IMG/VR virus record: IMGVR_UViG_3300032330_001391
Coordinates: 117,103 to 160,908 of that record
Strand: one strand, 5' to 3'
From: a virus
Lineage: Duplodnaviria > Heunggongvirae > Uroviricota > Caudoviricetes
DNA: 43,806 nt
Made by a program: the position numbers and the translations under genes. Shown here piece by piece: positions 17,585-26,861 of this stretch. The notes beneath the pieces are model-generated. The model had not been told where the DNA came from. It worked only from the letters and a program-made list of their open reading frames with translations, and did no database searches. Position 1 is the first letter of the stretch. Every line of letters starts with the position of its first letter.

Positions 17585-19435
17585 TTACACTATTTCGCAC
17601 GCTCCTGAAGCGCATGCAACTTGATCCATTAATGCTGTATTATCACTAAATTCTACAATCTTAGATAGATCAATTTGGTGAAGATGTATCACCATATTAT
17701 TGAATTGTTCTTCAGTGATGTCTTCATAAGGACTTTGTACGTACGAACCCCCATGGTATGGCAAAACTGATAAGCCATTAAATGTTTCTTTATTTTCCCA
17801 CATCCATTGTCCTACTTTTTCCCATTCGTCTTCTTTAATTGATACTGTAGCAGATACATTATTTGTGTTAGCGCCTTTACGATGACCTTTCTTCACCCAC
17901 TGTGTATTAAATCGTTTAACACGCTCTAACATATCCATAACATCTTCAGTTCGTACAATAGAACATTTAGGTGCGCGTTGTGGAACTGAAATTACTGCTT
18001 GGATTGTAGGTTTGAAGAAATCATCTTCAACTAATTCGGGGTGATTAATTGCTAAGTGTGTGTATATGGCTTCATTTTTACCTACACGGATTCTTCTAAT
18101 ATAATAATCATTATGCCAAGCATGAATACCACTTGAGGTACCTAATACTAATGAACTAGTACCACTTGGTTTAACAGTTGTTACACGAGCAGCTTTATTT
18201 ATACCAATTAATTCAGCTACACGAGCGTTTTCTTCTTTAGATAAATCAGCTGCTTTTTTAAGGTCATATTCTAATATTGCTCCAGAACCAATACCTGTCA
18301 TACCAACACCGAGTAACGCGTCTTTTTCGGTTGTTTTGCGCCAGATATCGCGCAAATAATGAAAATCAGTATATGCTGCTTGTAGCGTACCAATAAACGC
18401 ACCTATACGTACTCGTTCGTTTAAATCTTCTTGTGATTCAACATTAGACACATTTACCTCACATAGGTTACAGAATTGGAATGGACGTAAAGCAATTTCA
18501 CAACATGGATTAGTACCCCAATCTTTGTCGTTACTGAAATATATTCCTGGTTCTCCTGAATTGCTTAATTCAATTTTCTTCCATAGTTTGAAGAATTCAT
18601 CTTCAGTAATTTTATGTCGTACTACTACAGCACTATTATTTGCTCGTCCACGTTGTGGATTTTCTTCCCACCAATTACCAAATTTACAAGTCAGCATTTC
18701 TTCATCATCCAAATCAAATAATGCAATTAGTGCTGCTCGTCTAATACCTCCACTTAGTACAGCGTCAGCGATATGACAAGCCATATCGTGTACTTCTACA
18801 GATGTAAGTTTAGAACCGTTTGTTTTACGTTCAAATATTTTTTGTAAATTAAATAAACATTCTTTTAATGGTTCAGGACCAGGTGCTTTACCTCCTACAG
18901 TAATTAACTGAGCGCCCTTAGGTCGAATGTCTCTAAAATCAAATAGTGGTAATGCACCACCATCCAAATATGCTTTACATAACATTCTAACAGCGTCCGC
19001 CCATCCTTCAATACTATCACCTACTAAGTATCGCTTATGTTTTACTGGTACTGTAATTTCAGGTAATTTTTCAATATGGTGCGTTTGTACACTATATCCA
19101 ACTCCACATCCCGATAATAATAAGAACATAATTTCACTAAATGCTCTCATATCGTCTATCGGAAGAAACGAACAGTTAAATATACGTGAATTATTTAATT
19201 CAATTGGTCGTCCTGCAAATTGCAGTGAACGCATTGATGGTAATACTTTTTTAGCATATACCAATTTGTATGCTTCTTCAATTTCATCTTTAAGTTGAGG
19301 AAATTTTTCTAAATGCATGTTTTTGTTTCTGTCGACTAGTTCAGTCCATACTTCTCGTCTTTTCAACTCAGGGACATATTTACTGTACTTCATATAGACA
19401 GTAATGTCGCTGAGGATTTCTTGCTCAATATTCAT
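17585..19435 (-). CDS. nrdJ: Class II (adenosylcobalamin-dependent) monomeric-type ribonucleotide reductase
   Basis: LPSMRSL, FNCSF, GTNPCCEI, FCNLCEV, TTVKPSGT, C-terminal ACASGAC; no beta-subunit gene adjacent. Confidence 0.93.
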   Translation of the reverse strand: MNIEQEILSDITVYMKYSKYVPELKRREVWTELVDRNKNMHLEKFPQLKDEIEEAYKLVYAKKVLPSMRSLQFAGRPIELNNSRIFNCSFLPIDDMRAFSEIMFLLLSGCGVGYSVQTHHIEKLPEITVPVKHKRYLVGDSIEGWADAVRMLCKAYLDGGALPLFDFRDIRPKGAQLITVGGKAPGPEPLKECLFNLQKIFERKTNGSKLTSVEVHDMACHIADAVLSGGIRRAALIALFDLDDEEMLTCKFGNWWEENPQRGRANNSAVVVRHKITEDEFFKLWKKIELSNSGEPGIYFSNDKDWGTNPCCEIALRPFQFCNLCEVNVSNVESQEDLNERVRIGAFIGTLQAAYTDFHYLRDIWRKTTEKDALLGVGMTGIGSGAILEYDLKKAADLSKEENARVAELIGINKAARVTTVKPSGTSSLVLGTSSGIHAWHNDYYIRRIRVGKNEAIYTHLAINHPELVEDDFFKPTIQAVISVPQRAPKCSIVRTEDVMDMLERVKRFNTQWVKKGHRKGANTNNVSATVSIKEDEWEKVGQWMWENKETFNGLSVLPYHGGSYVQSPYEDITEEQFNNMVIHLHQIDLSKIVEFSDNTALMDQVACASGACEIV

Positions 19436-19484
19436 TTTTAATATAAATTTTATTATTAATTAGTGTAGTTATACGTATACATTT

Positions 19485-19745
19485 TTAGAATCTAGTATCA
19501 GCTCCTGGCGCTACTATTACTCCGCTGTCTTTTTCTCCTCGGGATGTTAATAGTTTTTCTTGTACTAATACTTTTATATTAACTCCTTTAATATTTACTT
19601 CACCGCCTTCTTTTAGCAGACGTTTAAATAAACTTTCTTGAGTTGGAGTCCAATCTTTACTTAGTTCTATTACATTTTGTTTTTCAGCTAACACTCGATT
19701 CAAATATATGTTAACTCCTTTTCTTATAGATTGTGGTTTTATCAT
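19485..19745 (-). CDS. Hypothetical protein
   Basis: Packed ORF between the helicase and the RNR. Confidence 0.6.
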   Translation of the reverse strand: MIKPQSIRKGVNIYLNRVLAEKQNVIELSKDWTPTQESLFKRLLKEGGEVNIKGVNIKVLVQEKLLTSRGEKDSGVIVAPGADTRF

Positions 19746-19764
19746 GACTTGTTTTAGATTTATA

Positions 19765-21126
19765 TTATCCTAATTCAAAGAATTTTTGTTTTAATTGTTG
19801 TTTATCAAATGAATCAAATGTATTAAAGCTACTTGCCTGAGCTGATGGTGGTGTTTCATCATCTTGATCAAATTCACCTAATACTTCAATATGACCATTA
19901 GATGTATTAACTTTAGCTGAGTATGTCATTCCGTCCATTCCGTATCGGTTTTTCATAACATGAAATCTACCTGTACCATTTACTTTATCTTGACGTTTAC
20001 GAGATAATGATATTGCTACATCTGTGATCATGATTTTATCGTAACTTCCAGCTGCTTTATCACCCTCAATAACATCGTCTTTAGCACCAGCACGGTTAAC
20101 TTGAGATACTGACCAAATTGGTATATTTAACTCTCTTGCTAATCCTTTAGTGCTTACATAAATATCATCAATTTCTTCTTTACGTTCTCTATTCATACGT
20201 TTTGAACGTAAAAGATCAACATAATCTATGATAATTAAATCTGGTTTAAATTCCAAATCTATACATTTTTTAATATGAGATTCAATTGTTGAAATAGTAG
20301 CTTTACCAGGTGAATATTCCTTAATAATTAAATTACCAGGTAATACATTTACTTCTTTTTCAACATTATCTTTAAATTTAGTAATTTTACCAACATCTAT
20401 ACCAGTGAAGAAAGCGTCATAACGTCTACCAACATAGTCAGATCCTAACTCTAATGTGTAGTGAACAACATTGTATCCCATCTTAATAGCCCATCCTCCT
20501 AAAGCAATTAATGCCCATGACTTGCCTCCACCTGGGTTACCAAATATTAGACCAAAATCACCACCACCTAATCCTCCTTGTAGCATATCATTAAATGTTT
20601 CCCAAGGTGTAGCTATAGGTACTCTATGATCTTCACGGTATCGTGATTCAGTATCTTTATTATATTCATGACCTAAATTTTTATCTTGACCTGCTTTAAG
20701 AGCATTATCAATTAGATGTCTTATAGAATCATAATCTCCAGCGTTTAGTAAGTCTACACTATTAAGTAATGCTTTTTTTAATTGTTGATTTTTACAGAAA
20801 TTACTAAACTCTTCCTGTATGTATTTTAAATCCTCATCAGAGGCTTTATATGCTTCTTTTAATTGTTCCTTAATAGACAACTGTAGCACCTCATTGTCTA
20901 TTTTTTTCAATTCTACCTTTAAGACCTCCATACTAGGAGGACAATGGTATTTGTCGTAATATTTTAATATTTCTTTAATTACCCATTTTTGTGATTGATT
21001 TTCAAAATATTCATCACTCAACACATCATGAACATTGAGTAAAAACTCTTTATGTGTGAGGAGCGATGATATAACTTTGATTTGAAAACCAGTCCCATAT
21101 TGGGATAGAGATTGTAAACTGCACAT
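19765..21126 (-). CDS. Replicative DnaB-like helicase (T4 gp41-like)
   Basis: Walker A GNPGGGKS, HYTLE, IIIDYVD, WSVSQVNR, KNRYG. Confidence 0.93.
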   Translation of the reverse strand: MCSLQSLSQYGTGFQIKVISSLLTHKEFLLNVHDVLSDEYFENQSQKWVIKEILKYYDKYHCPPSMEVLKVELKKIDNEVLQLSIKEQLKEAYKASDEDLKYIQEEFSNFCKNQQLKKALLNSVDLLNAGDYDSIRHLIDNALKAGQDKNLGHEYNKDTESRYREDHRVPIATPWETFNDMLQGGLGGGDFGLIFGNPGGGKSWALIALGGWAIKMGYNVVHYTLELGSDYVGRRYDAFFTGIDVGKITKFKDNVEKEVNVLPGNLIIKEYSPGKATISTIESHIKKCIDLEFKPDLIIIDYVDLLRSKRMNRERKEEIDDIYVSTKGLARELNIPIWSVSQVNRAGAKDDVIEGDKAAGSYDKIMITDVAISLSRKRQDKVNGTGRFHVMKNRYGMDGMTYSAKVNTSNGHIEVLGEFDQDDETPPSAQASSFNTFDSFDKQQLKQKFFELG

Positions 21127-21135
21127 GTATATAAC

Positions 21136-22167
21136 TTATTTTTTAAAACTGTTTAATAATTTAAAAGTATCATTTAACCAATATTCCGTATTTTTTATCA
21201 TTCTACCTAATCCATCTTCTTCATAATACCCCATAAACTCAACTGTATCTAATGATGGTACATCCTCTTCAACTACTATTTTTAAGAATTCTTTTTCTTC
21301 ATCACTTATTAAAGGATTACCTAAATTCATTACTTTAAAATTGTTTTCTAATCGAGTTCTATCTAATATAACCCTAGCATATACTTCATGTTCTTTGTAT
21401 TTATTAGCGCTTATTTCAAATATATTATCTAATATCATTGGTGTAGTTAGAAGTTCTGGGTATTTCTTTGTTATGCCTTTTTCTCCTAACCCTTTAACAC
21501 CAGGCACTTTATCTGAATTGTCTCCTAATAATGTCTTATATAAGATAAAATTTTCTGCTAATACTCCAAACTTATTTTTAATAGTTTCTTTATTATAGAA
21601 TTCTTTTTCAGTTGGACGATATACTACAACGTTTTCATTTATAAGCTGTAAAAAATCTTTATCATTAGAAACAATGTATACTTTAGAATTATATTTTTCA
21701 ACTAAATGTTTACTGTAGTATGCAATTATATCATCAGCTTCTACTTTATCTATAGCTACTGTTTTAACAGGTAGACATTCTAAGTAATGAATTAATCTAC
21801 GCATTTGATCAGCTTTAGCTTCATTCTCATCATCTAAATGTTGAAACATATCCCAGTTAGTAATACGAAAATTTCTACCTGATTTATATTCGGGGTGTAG
21901 GTTCTTCCTGTTTGTGGAAGAACCCATACCGTCGAATATTACATACACAGATGTAGGTTGTGTTTGGTTTATAAGAGTACCCAATGATCTCAAAAATCCA
22001 CCTAATCCTCCTACATGAGAACCAGAATCATTTATTAAATTAATCATCGCGAAATTTCTAAAAAATAAGTTCAATCCATCTATTAGGAGAACTCTATCGT
22101 GTACCTTATCTTCAACAATTTCATGTTCAGATAAGTTATTGAGCATTTTGAGTAAATCTTTATTCAT
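21136..22167 (-). CDS. 5'-3' exonuclease / flap endonuclease (Pol I N-terminal domain / T4 RNase H family)
   Basis: LLIDGLN, VIFDG, RKNLHPEYKSGR, EADDII, SNDKDFLQL, LLGDNSDKVPGVKGLGEK. Confidence 0.93.
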   Translation of the reverse strand: MNKDLLKMLNNLSEHEIVEDKVHDRVLLIDGLNLFFRNFAMINLINDSGSHVGGLGGFLRSLGTLINQTQPTSVYVIFDGMGSSTNRKNLHPEYKSGRNFRITNWDMFQHLDDENEAKADQMRRLIHYLECLPVKTVAIDKVEADDIIAYYSKHLVEKYNSKVYIVSNDKDFLQLINENVVVYRPTEKEFYNKETIKNKFGVLAENFILYKTLLGDNSDKVPGVKGLGEKGITKKYPELLTTPMILDNIFEISANKYKEHEVYARVILDRTRLENNFKVMNLGNPLISDEEKEFLKIVVEEDVPSLDTVEFMGYYEEDGLGRMIKNTEYWLNDTFKLLNSFKK

Positions 22168-22170
22168 ATA

Positions 22171-23268
22171 TTAATCTTCTTCTTCGTCAAATGAACCATT
22201 AAACACATCTAAACTTTCTTCCCACTGTGAGTTATCTTCATGAATATCGTAATTACCTTTTCCTAAAATATTAACCCACTCGTTTGAATGTTGTTCTTTA
22301 TACTTCTTGATAGCGTTAGCATCATCTTTAATAAAACCGTGAACTGTAGATACAATAGTACCTTTTGTAGTGATTCCATTAACATGATTTTTATCACAAG
22401 CTACCCTAGTACGTAATGCAAATTCTACTTTTTTCTTATCCTTCATTGCCTCAATCTTAGATGTACCAGCGTTAGTAATATTACCAAATGTAAGACATAA
22501 TGAGGCATCGTAATACATAGTGTCACCACCTTTATTAGTCATACGAACCTGTTCCATAGGTGTCTTAGGACGAGTATTACCTGTTTTGTTCACAATAAGT
22601 AACGTGTTAGTATATGGAGATGATTCTTTACGTGACATTACAATCTGTTGATTTACAAAATTACCAAACTGATTAGCAATAGCACCTGCATTCCACATTG
22701 CATCATTCTTACCATGGTCTAGACTTAACTGACAAGGTATAGAACCAATTGAATCCCATATAAATAAGAGATCATGAGGTAAATTACCTTTCTTTTGTTC
22801 ATCTAACATATCAATAATGAACGCTGCTATGTCTTCAATAGAATGAAGTGTTGTACGATCTCTATAGATAAAAAATCCTTCATGATCTACTACTTCTTCG
22901 TTTTCATCTAAGATATCAGTCATTTCAAAACCCATTGTTCGCCAGTGATTCCAATCATGTTTCATCTCAGTGATAATAAGTACAGGTAATACTCCCATTT
23001 TTTGAGCATTAACTGCTGCTTCAATAGTAGTGGTAGATTTACCTGTATTACTTCTACCCCTTACTGTAACAATATGACCCATAGGAATACCAGGAATAGA
23101 TAGTACTTCTTGGAGAGCTGAAGAGAATGGGATCCAACGTTGGTCTTTAAACTTAACGTTGGATGCTAGACCTTTCTTTTCTTTAAACTTGTTTAAGTCA
23201 AATTTAGATTTAAGTTCTGATGATACAGCCGCTGTAAGCGATGCTATATCCTTTTTTTCTTTAGCCAT
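22171..23268 (-). CDS. RecA/UvsX-like recombinase
   Basis: Walker A GRSNTGKST, Walker B FIWDSIG, KGG..MYYDAS. Confidence 0.85.
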   Translation of the reverse strand: MAKEKKDIASLTAAVSSELKSKFDLNKFKEKKGLASNVKFKDQRWIPFSSALQEVLSIPGIPMGHIVTVRGRSNTGKSTTTIEAAVNAQKMGVLPVLIITEMKHDWNHWRTMGFEMTDILDENEEVVDHEGFFIYRDRTTLHSIEDIAAFIIDMLDEQKKGNLPHDLLFIWDSIGSIPCQLSLDHGKNDAMWNAGAIANQFGNFVNQQIVMSRKESSPYTNTLLIVNKTGNTRPKTPMEQVRMTNKGGDTMYYDASLCLTFGNITNAGTSKIEAMKDKKKVEFALRTRVACDKNHVNGITTKGTIVSTVHGFIKDDANAIKKYKEQHSNEWVNILGKGNYDIHEDNSQWEESLDVFNGSFDEEED

Positions 23269-23281
23269 ATATATTTTTTAA

Positions 23282-24097
23282 TTATTCATCATCCCCATCC
23301 TCATCATCAAACAAAGCATCAAACTTATCAGCTTTACTAACTGGTTTTGCTGTGGCTTTCATTTTATTATCCCATGGTAAGTCGCTTACTGGTTCAGCAG
23401 GTACTGCTACTTCTGCCTCTTCTTCTGCTTCACCTTCTGGATTAAGCCATTCTTGTAATGCTTGTTTCATTTCATCATACGAATACTTTTTAAAAGTTTC
23501 CATAGGATTAGGTTGATTTTCTAACAAAGACTTAATTAAATCTTTATTGTCTGATAATGGAGTTTGTTTAGTACGAGGCATAATAGTTGTCTTATTATAC
23601 GAAGTACCTGTAACTTCAGGACCAACAGTTGTAAGTGTAATATCACGACCTTCAGCGATATCTGTAAAGTCACCTACATCTTCATTATCGGCTAAATTAA
23701 GAAAATCCATATACGTTTCTTTACCAAACTGCCATAACTTTACTCCTTCATTTTCTTTACCACGAACAATTACCGGAGCAAAAATACGTAATTTCGGGTC
23801 TAATTTTTTAGCTAAACGCCAGTTTTCTTTGTCATTTGTTTTACGTAACTGTTTAGCAAATTCAACAATAGGATCTTTTTCACCCCAATTTGTAGGCGAA
23901 ATCATAATTTTATTTCCAATACCATAATGAACATACAGTTCTGTAAATGGGTTAGACTTGTTATACTTGTTAGGTACAACACGAACCGCCTCTTTACCTA
24001 CAGATGGTTTGAAATAAATGTTTTTCTTTTCACCTCCGCCATTTCCTTGTTTTGACTGCATGGCGCTCAGTCTGTTTTTGATTTCTGATAAATCCAT
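23282..24097 (-). CDS. Single-stranded DNA-binding protein (T4 gp32-like)
   Basis: YFKP, VHYG, DPIVE, VKLWQFGK, FTDIAEGRD and an acidic C-tail (FDALFDDEDGDDE). Confidence 0.85.
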   Translation of the reverse strand: MDLSEIKNRLSAMQSKQGNGGGEKKNIYFKPSVGKEAVRVVPNKYNKSNPFTELYVHYGIGNKIMISPTNWGEKDPIVEFAKQLRKTNDKENWRLAKKLDPKLRIFAPVIVRGKENEGVKLWQFGKETYMDFLNLADNEDVGDFTDIAEGRDITLTTVGPEVTGTSYNKTTIMPRTKQTPLSDNKDLIKSLLENQPNPMETFKKYSYDEMKQALQEWLNPEGEAEEEAEVAVPAEPVSDLPWDNKMKATAKPVSKADKFDALFDDEDGDDE

Positions 24098-24123
24098 AAC
24101 TAAATAAATTTTTTGTTTAAACT

Positions 24124-24155
24124 GAAATATACTAATATTTTTTTATAAAGCCAAA
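24124..24155 (-). promoter_or_regulatory. Bacteroidota-type promoter upstream of the SSB
   Basis: TTTG-N20-TATATTTC. Confidence 0.75.
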
Positions 24156-24173
24156 CTTTTGTTACTAAAATTT

Positions 24174-24193
24174 AAAAAACTCTCTTTCGAGAG
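24174..24193 (-). terminator. Rho-independent terminator with GAAA loop
   Basis: Minus strand CTCTC-GAAA-GAGAG-TTTTTT, downstream of 24223..24627. Confidence 0.75.
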
Positions 24194-24222
24194 CTTTTAT
24201 TTTTATTATAAATGTTGTTGTG

Positions 24223-24627
24223 TTATTGCACATCCATTACATTAGCTAACTGTGAGTAATTTAACATTATTTTATATCCGTCTTTATTTCTTTCTGCTTT
24301 TACTACATACCCATCATCTGATATAACAGTGTAGCGGGATCCTTTATAAGCAAACATGTCACCTTTTTTATATTTAGGTGTATTTTCATTAACAGTCATT
24401 GGAACTTGTTTGGTTATTAAGAAATTATATACTTCTTCAATATCATCTTTTGATGTAGTAATATGATCATCGGCCCAATCATGTCCATCATTTAAAACGT
24501 CGTCAACCATATTTTCATCTAATTCAAGTATTTCATCAACCATCATCTTAATAGATTTAAGATTTTGGAAAAACATATAACGATTTAATTCTTCTTTAAT
24601 AAGTTGTCTTAGTTGTAATTTTCTCAT
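24223..24627 (-). CDS. Hypothetical protein, possibly virion-internal; SH3-like C-terminal module
   Basis: Leader MRKLQLRQLIKEE; C-terminal YKKGDMFAY...YTVIS small beta-barrel pattern. Confidence 0.6.
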   Translation of the reverse strand: MRKLQLRQLIKEELNRYMFFQNLKSIKMMVDEILELDENMVDDVLNDGHDWADDHITTSKDDIEEVYNFLITKQVPMTVNENTPKYKKGDMFAYKGSRYTVISDDGYVVKAERNKDGYKIMLNYSQLANVMDVQ

Positions 24628-24638
24628 TTTGTTTTATT

Positions 24639-25088
24639 TTATAATCTTATCCAATTTTTAACACCCCATTCTTCTTCTGTTTGGTAGCCTTCTGAGAAAT
24701 GTTCTAGTGAATCAATGATAGATGTTTGTCCATCACCCTCAACATAAATATACACTAAATTATTAGAATGAGAAAAATCACCATCAAAAATTAAAGCACC
24801 AAAGTAATTTCCTTCATAAAAAACATCATCTGCTACTTTATCTATAATATACTTAAATCTTTTATTTTTTAATAACATAGCTATTTCTGGTTCTTGCTCA
24901 ACCTCTTCTCGATAGTCATCTGGGAGGTCAATAATATTCTTTACTCCAGGAATAGCAGGAAAATTTTCTACTTTGTAAAGATCTTTATTAGGACTTGATT
25001 TGTACACTCTAGGTTCATGTAACTTAACTCGCATCTCAGCTAATGGAATGCCAGCTAACGTTTTCATTCGGTCAAATTCATTAATCAT
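24639..25088 (-). CDS. Hypothetical protein, possibly virion-internal
   Basis: Leader MINEFDRMKTLAGIPLAE. Confidence 0.6.
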   Translation of the reverse strand: MINEFDRMKTLAGIPLAEMRVKLHEPRVYKSSPNKDLYKVENFPAIPGVKNIIDLPDDYREEVEQEPEIAMLLKNKRFKYIIDKVADDVFYEGNYFGALIFDGDFSHSNNLVYIYVEGDGQTSIIDSLEHFSEGYQTEEEWGVKNWIRL

Positions 25089-25519
25089 AACTCTACTATT
25101 TTATATATTTTAGTATTAAGTTGTTTTAATTCACCATGATTAGTTAGTAATACTGAGTTGCGATAGTGCTGCCAATTAACTGGAAAGCGTGGATCTACTG
25201 TACCACCATTTAATTTTTTAATTAATTCATTTAATGCGTTGATAGTATATAATGTATTACTCTCTTTTTTTCTATGCACTAAGATTGTATTGTCAGGAAT
25301 GCTATTAACATTACCTTGATCTACATTATATGTTACAGTATATTCGTCTGTACTTTTAATATATAATACAAACATTTTATTGTACATAATAGTATATGAG
25401 CTCCTAATGTTCTCTACTGTTTCTTCAATTCCATCCAAATTAGTGAATGTACAAAATAATCTATTATTCAATGCGTCAATATTTAAGTCAAAGTCATATG
25501 TATTTTCCATATCATACAT
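25085..25519 (-). CDS. Hypothetical phage protein (start uncertain: 25555, 25519 or 25510)
   Basis: Packed ORF. A TATTTATA motif at 25522-25529 directly after the PolA-like stop favours the downstream starts. Confidence 0.65.
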   Translation of the reverse strand: MYDMENTYDFDLNIDALNNRLFCTFTNLDGIEETVENIRSSYTIMYNKMFVLYIKSTDEYTVTYNVDQGNVNSIPDNTILVHRKKESNTLYTINALNELIKKLNGGTVDPRFPVNWQHYRNSVLLTNHGELKQLNTKIYKIVEL

Positions 25520-25529
25520 ATTATAAATA

Positions 25530-26783
25530 TTATTCAAAGTCATAACTTGTTCCATAATTGTGTTTAATTTCTAATTTATATTTTTTAAATACCGTGTTTA
25601 TATCGTCTATAATTTGTTCTTCGTCTGTGTCTAAATCAATTAATATTGCGTCGTATGTGTATAATACAATTTTAGTATTTTTACCTTTTAATATTTTTAT
25701 TATATCTTTTATTATACAACCGTTAGTTAACGTTTCCAAAAGCTGGAGAACATAATTAAATAGTTTTTGTGGGTTCATATCTTCTAGTTCATTTTTATTA
25801 AATACTCTATCATGAACTTTTATATAACCTTCATTATCAAATTGATCCCATAAATCATTTACATAAGTTTGTATCAATTTAAAAAATTCCCAATCCCTAT
25901 ATTCTTTGTATATTCCACCATATAATTGTCTAAACATGAGTAATTTTGCTTCTCCAACATTAACTCCTGCATATTCAGCGAATTCATTATAAATTGGTTT
26001 AGATGGTTCATAACCTACTAATTTAGCAGCTAATGTTGGATGATAAGCTGATATATCTATTTCAATAAATTTATCATTTTCAGGTATAAATACTTTACGA
26101 CATCCGTTGTCTTTATTTAGAGCCGCGAAATTAATACCGTTAAAAGAATTAGATGGTCGTCCTGTGGTTGTATGTAAATTATATTGGGTGTATATTTTAT
26201 TATCTTTAATATTAAAGTTTTCATATGTTGGATTAAAATATTGTTTAAATAAAGTTGGTTCAATTTTTATACCATTTTTCTCAATATAAAATAGTGAATA
26301 AGCTATTGTATTATCTTGTAATACATCAGGTATTTTAATATGTTTGAATATTTTTTCGCATTTTTCGTAATGTTTAACTACAGGTATAATGCGGTTTATA
26401 TCTTGTTTTAATGAGTACTTACGATAAAAGTGATCATGTACTGATGTATTTAATTCTTTAGAATTAAAAGAAACATTGTATGCTTGTTTTAATTGAAAAA
26501 AGTATAAAAATGTTTTAACATCTCTCACATATATTTTTTCAAGATTTTTAAGAACTTGATTTATATGTTTAATGTTTATAGACAAACACTCACTATGATC
26601 TACACTTAATACATATCCCTTTTCATTATCTTCACCCAATGGTTTAACATAAACAAGTGATACTTTATTTAACATCGGATGAAGATTATCATTATATGGT
26701 ATAATCTCTACAAATGCTTGTTTGTATTCTATATTATAAAAAGTTTTGAGTTGATCTAATGTTTCAACTAAGTAAAAAGCCAT
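25530..26783 (-). CDS. Short, divergent family A DNA polymerase (Klenow-like)
   Basis: TTTGRPSN, motif A IEIDISAYHP, motif B AKLLMFRQLYGG, motif C YTYDAILID. Confidence 0.82.
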   Translation of the reverse strand: MAFYLVETLDQLKTFYNIEYKQAFVEIIPYNDNLHPMLNKVSLVYVKPLGEDNEKGYVLSVDHSECLSINIKHINQVLKNLEKIYVRDVKTFLYFFQLKQAYNVSFNSKELNTSVHDHFYRKYSLKQDINRIIPVVKHYEKCEKIFKHIKIPDVLQDNTIAYSLFYIEKNGIKIEPTLFKQYFNPTYENFNIKDNKIYTQYNLHTTTGRPSNSFNGINFAALNKDNGCRKVFIPENDKFIEIDISAYHPTLAAKLVGYEPSKPIYNEFAEYAGVNVGEAKLLMFRQLYGGIYKEYRDWEFFKLIQTYVNDLWDQFDNEGYIKVHDRVFNKNELEDMNPQKLFNYVLQLLETLTNGCIIKDIIKILKGKNTKIVLYTYDAILIDLDTDEEQIIDDINTVFKKYKLEIKHNYGTSYDFE

Positions 26784-26798
26784 AACCTTAATTTTATT

Positions 26799-26830
26799 TA
26801 AATATAAGAAAAATTTTTTAAAAAACCAAA
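26799..26830 (-). promoter_or_regulatory. Bacteroidota-type promoter upstream of the PolA-like gene
   Basis: TTTG-N20-TATATTTA. Confidence 0.75.
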
Positions 26831-26861
26831 TTTACTTTACAATACATGCTCAGTTTTAGTT

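Noticed and set aside
4258-19435. Inteins or group I introns in PolB, RNR or other replication genes
   Set aside because: The ORFs are continuous and of normal length. No C/S...HN-C/S/T splice junctions or homing-endonuclease motifs were seen, and the PolB insert is too short and lacks intein ends.
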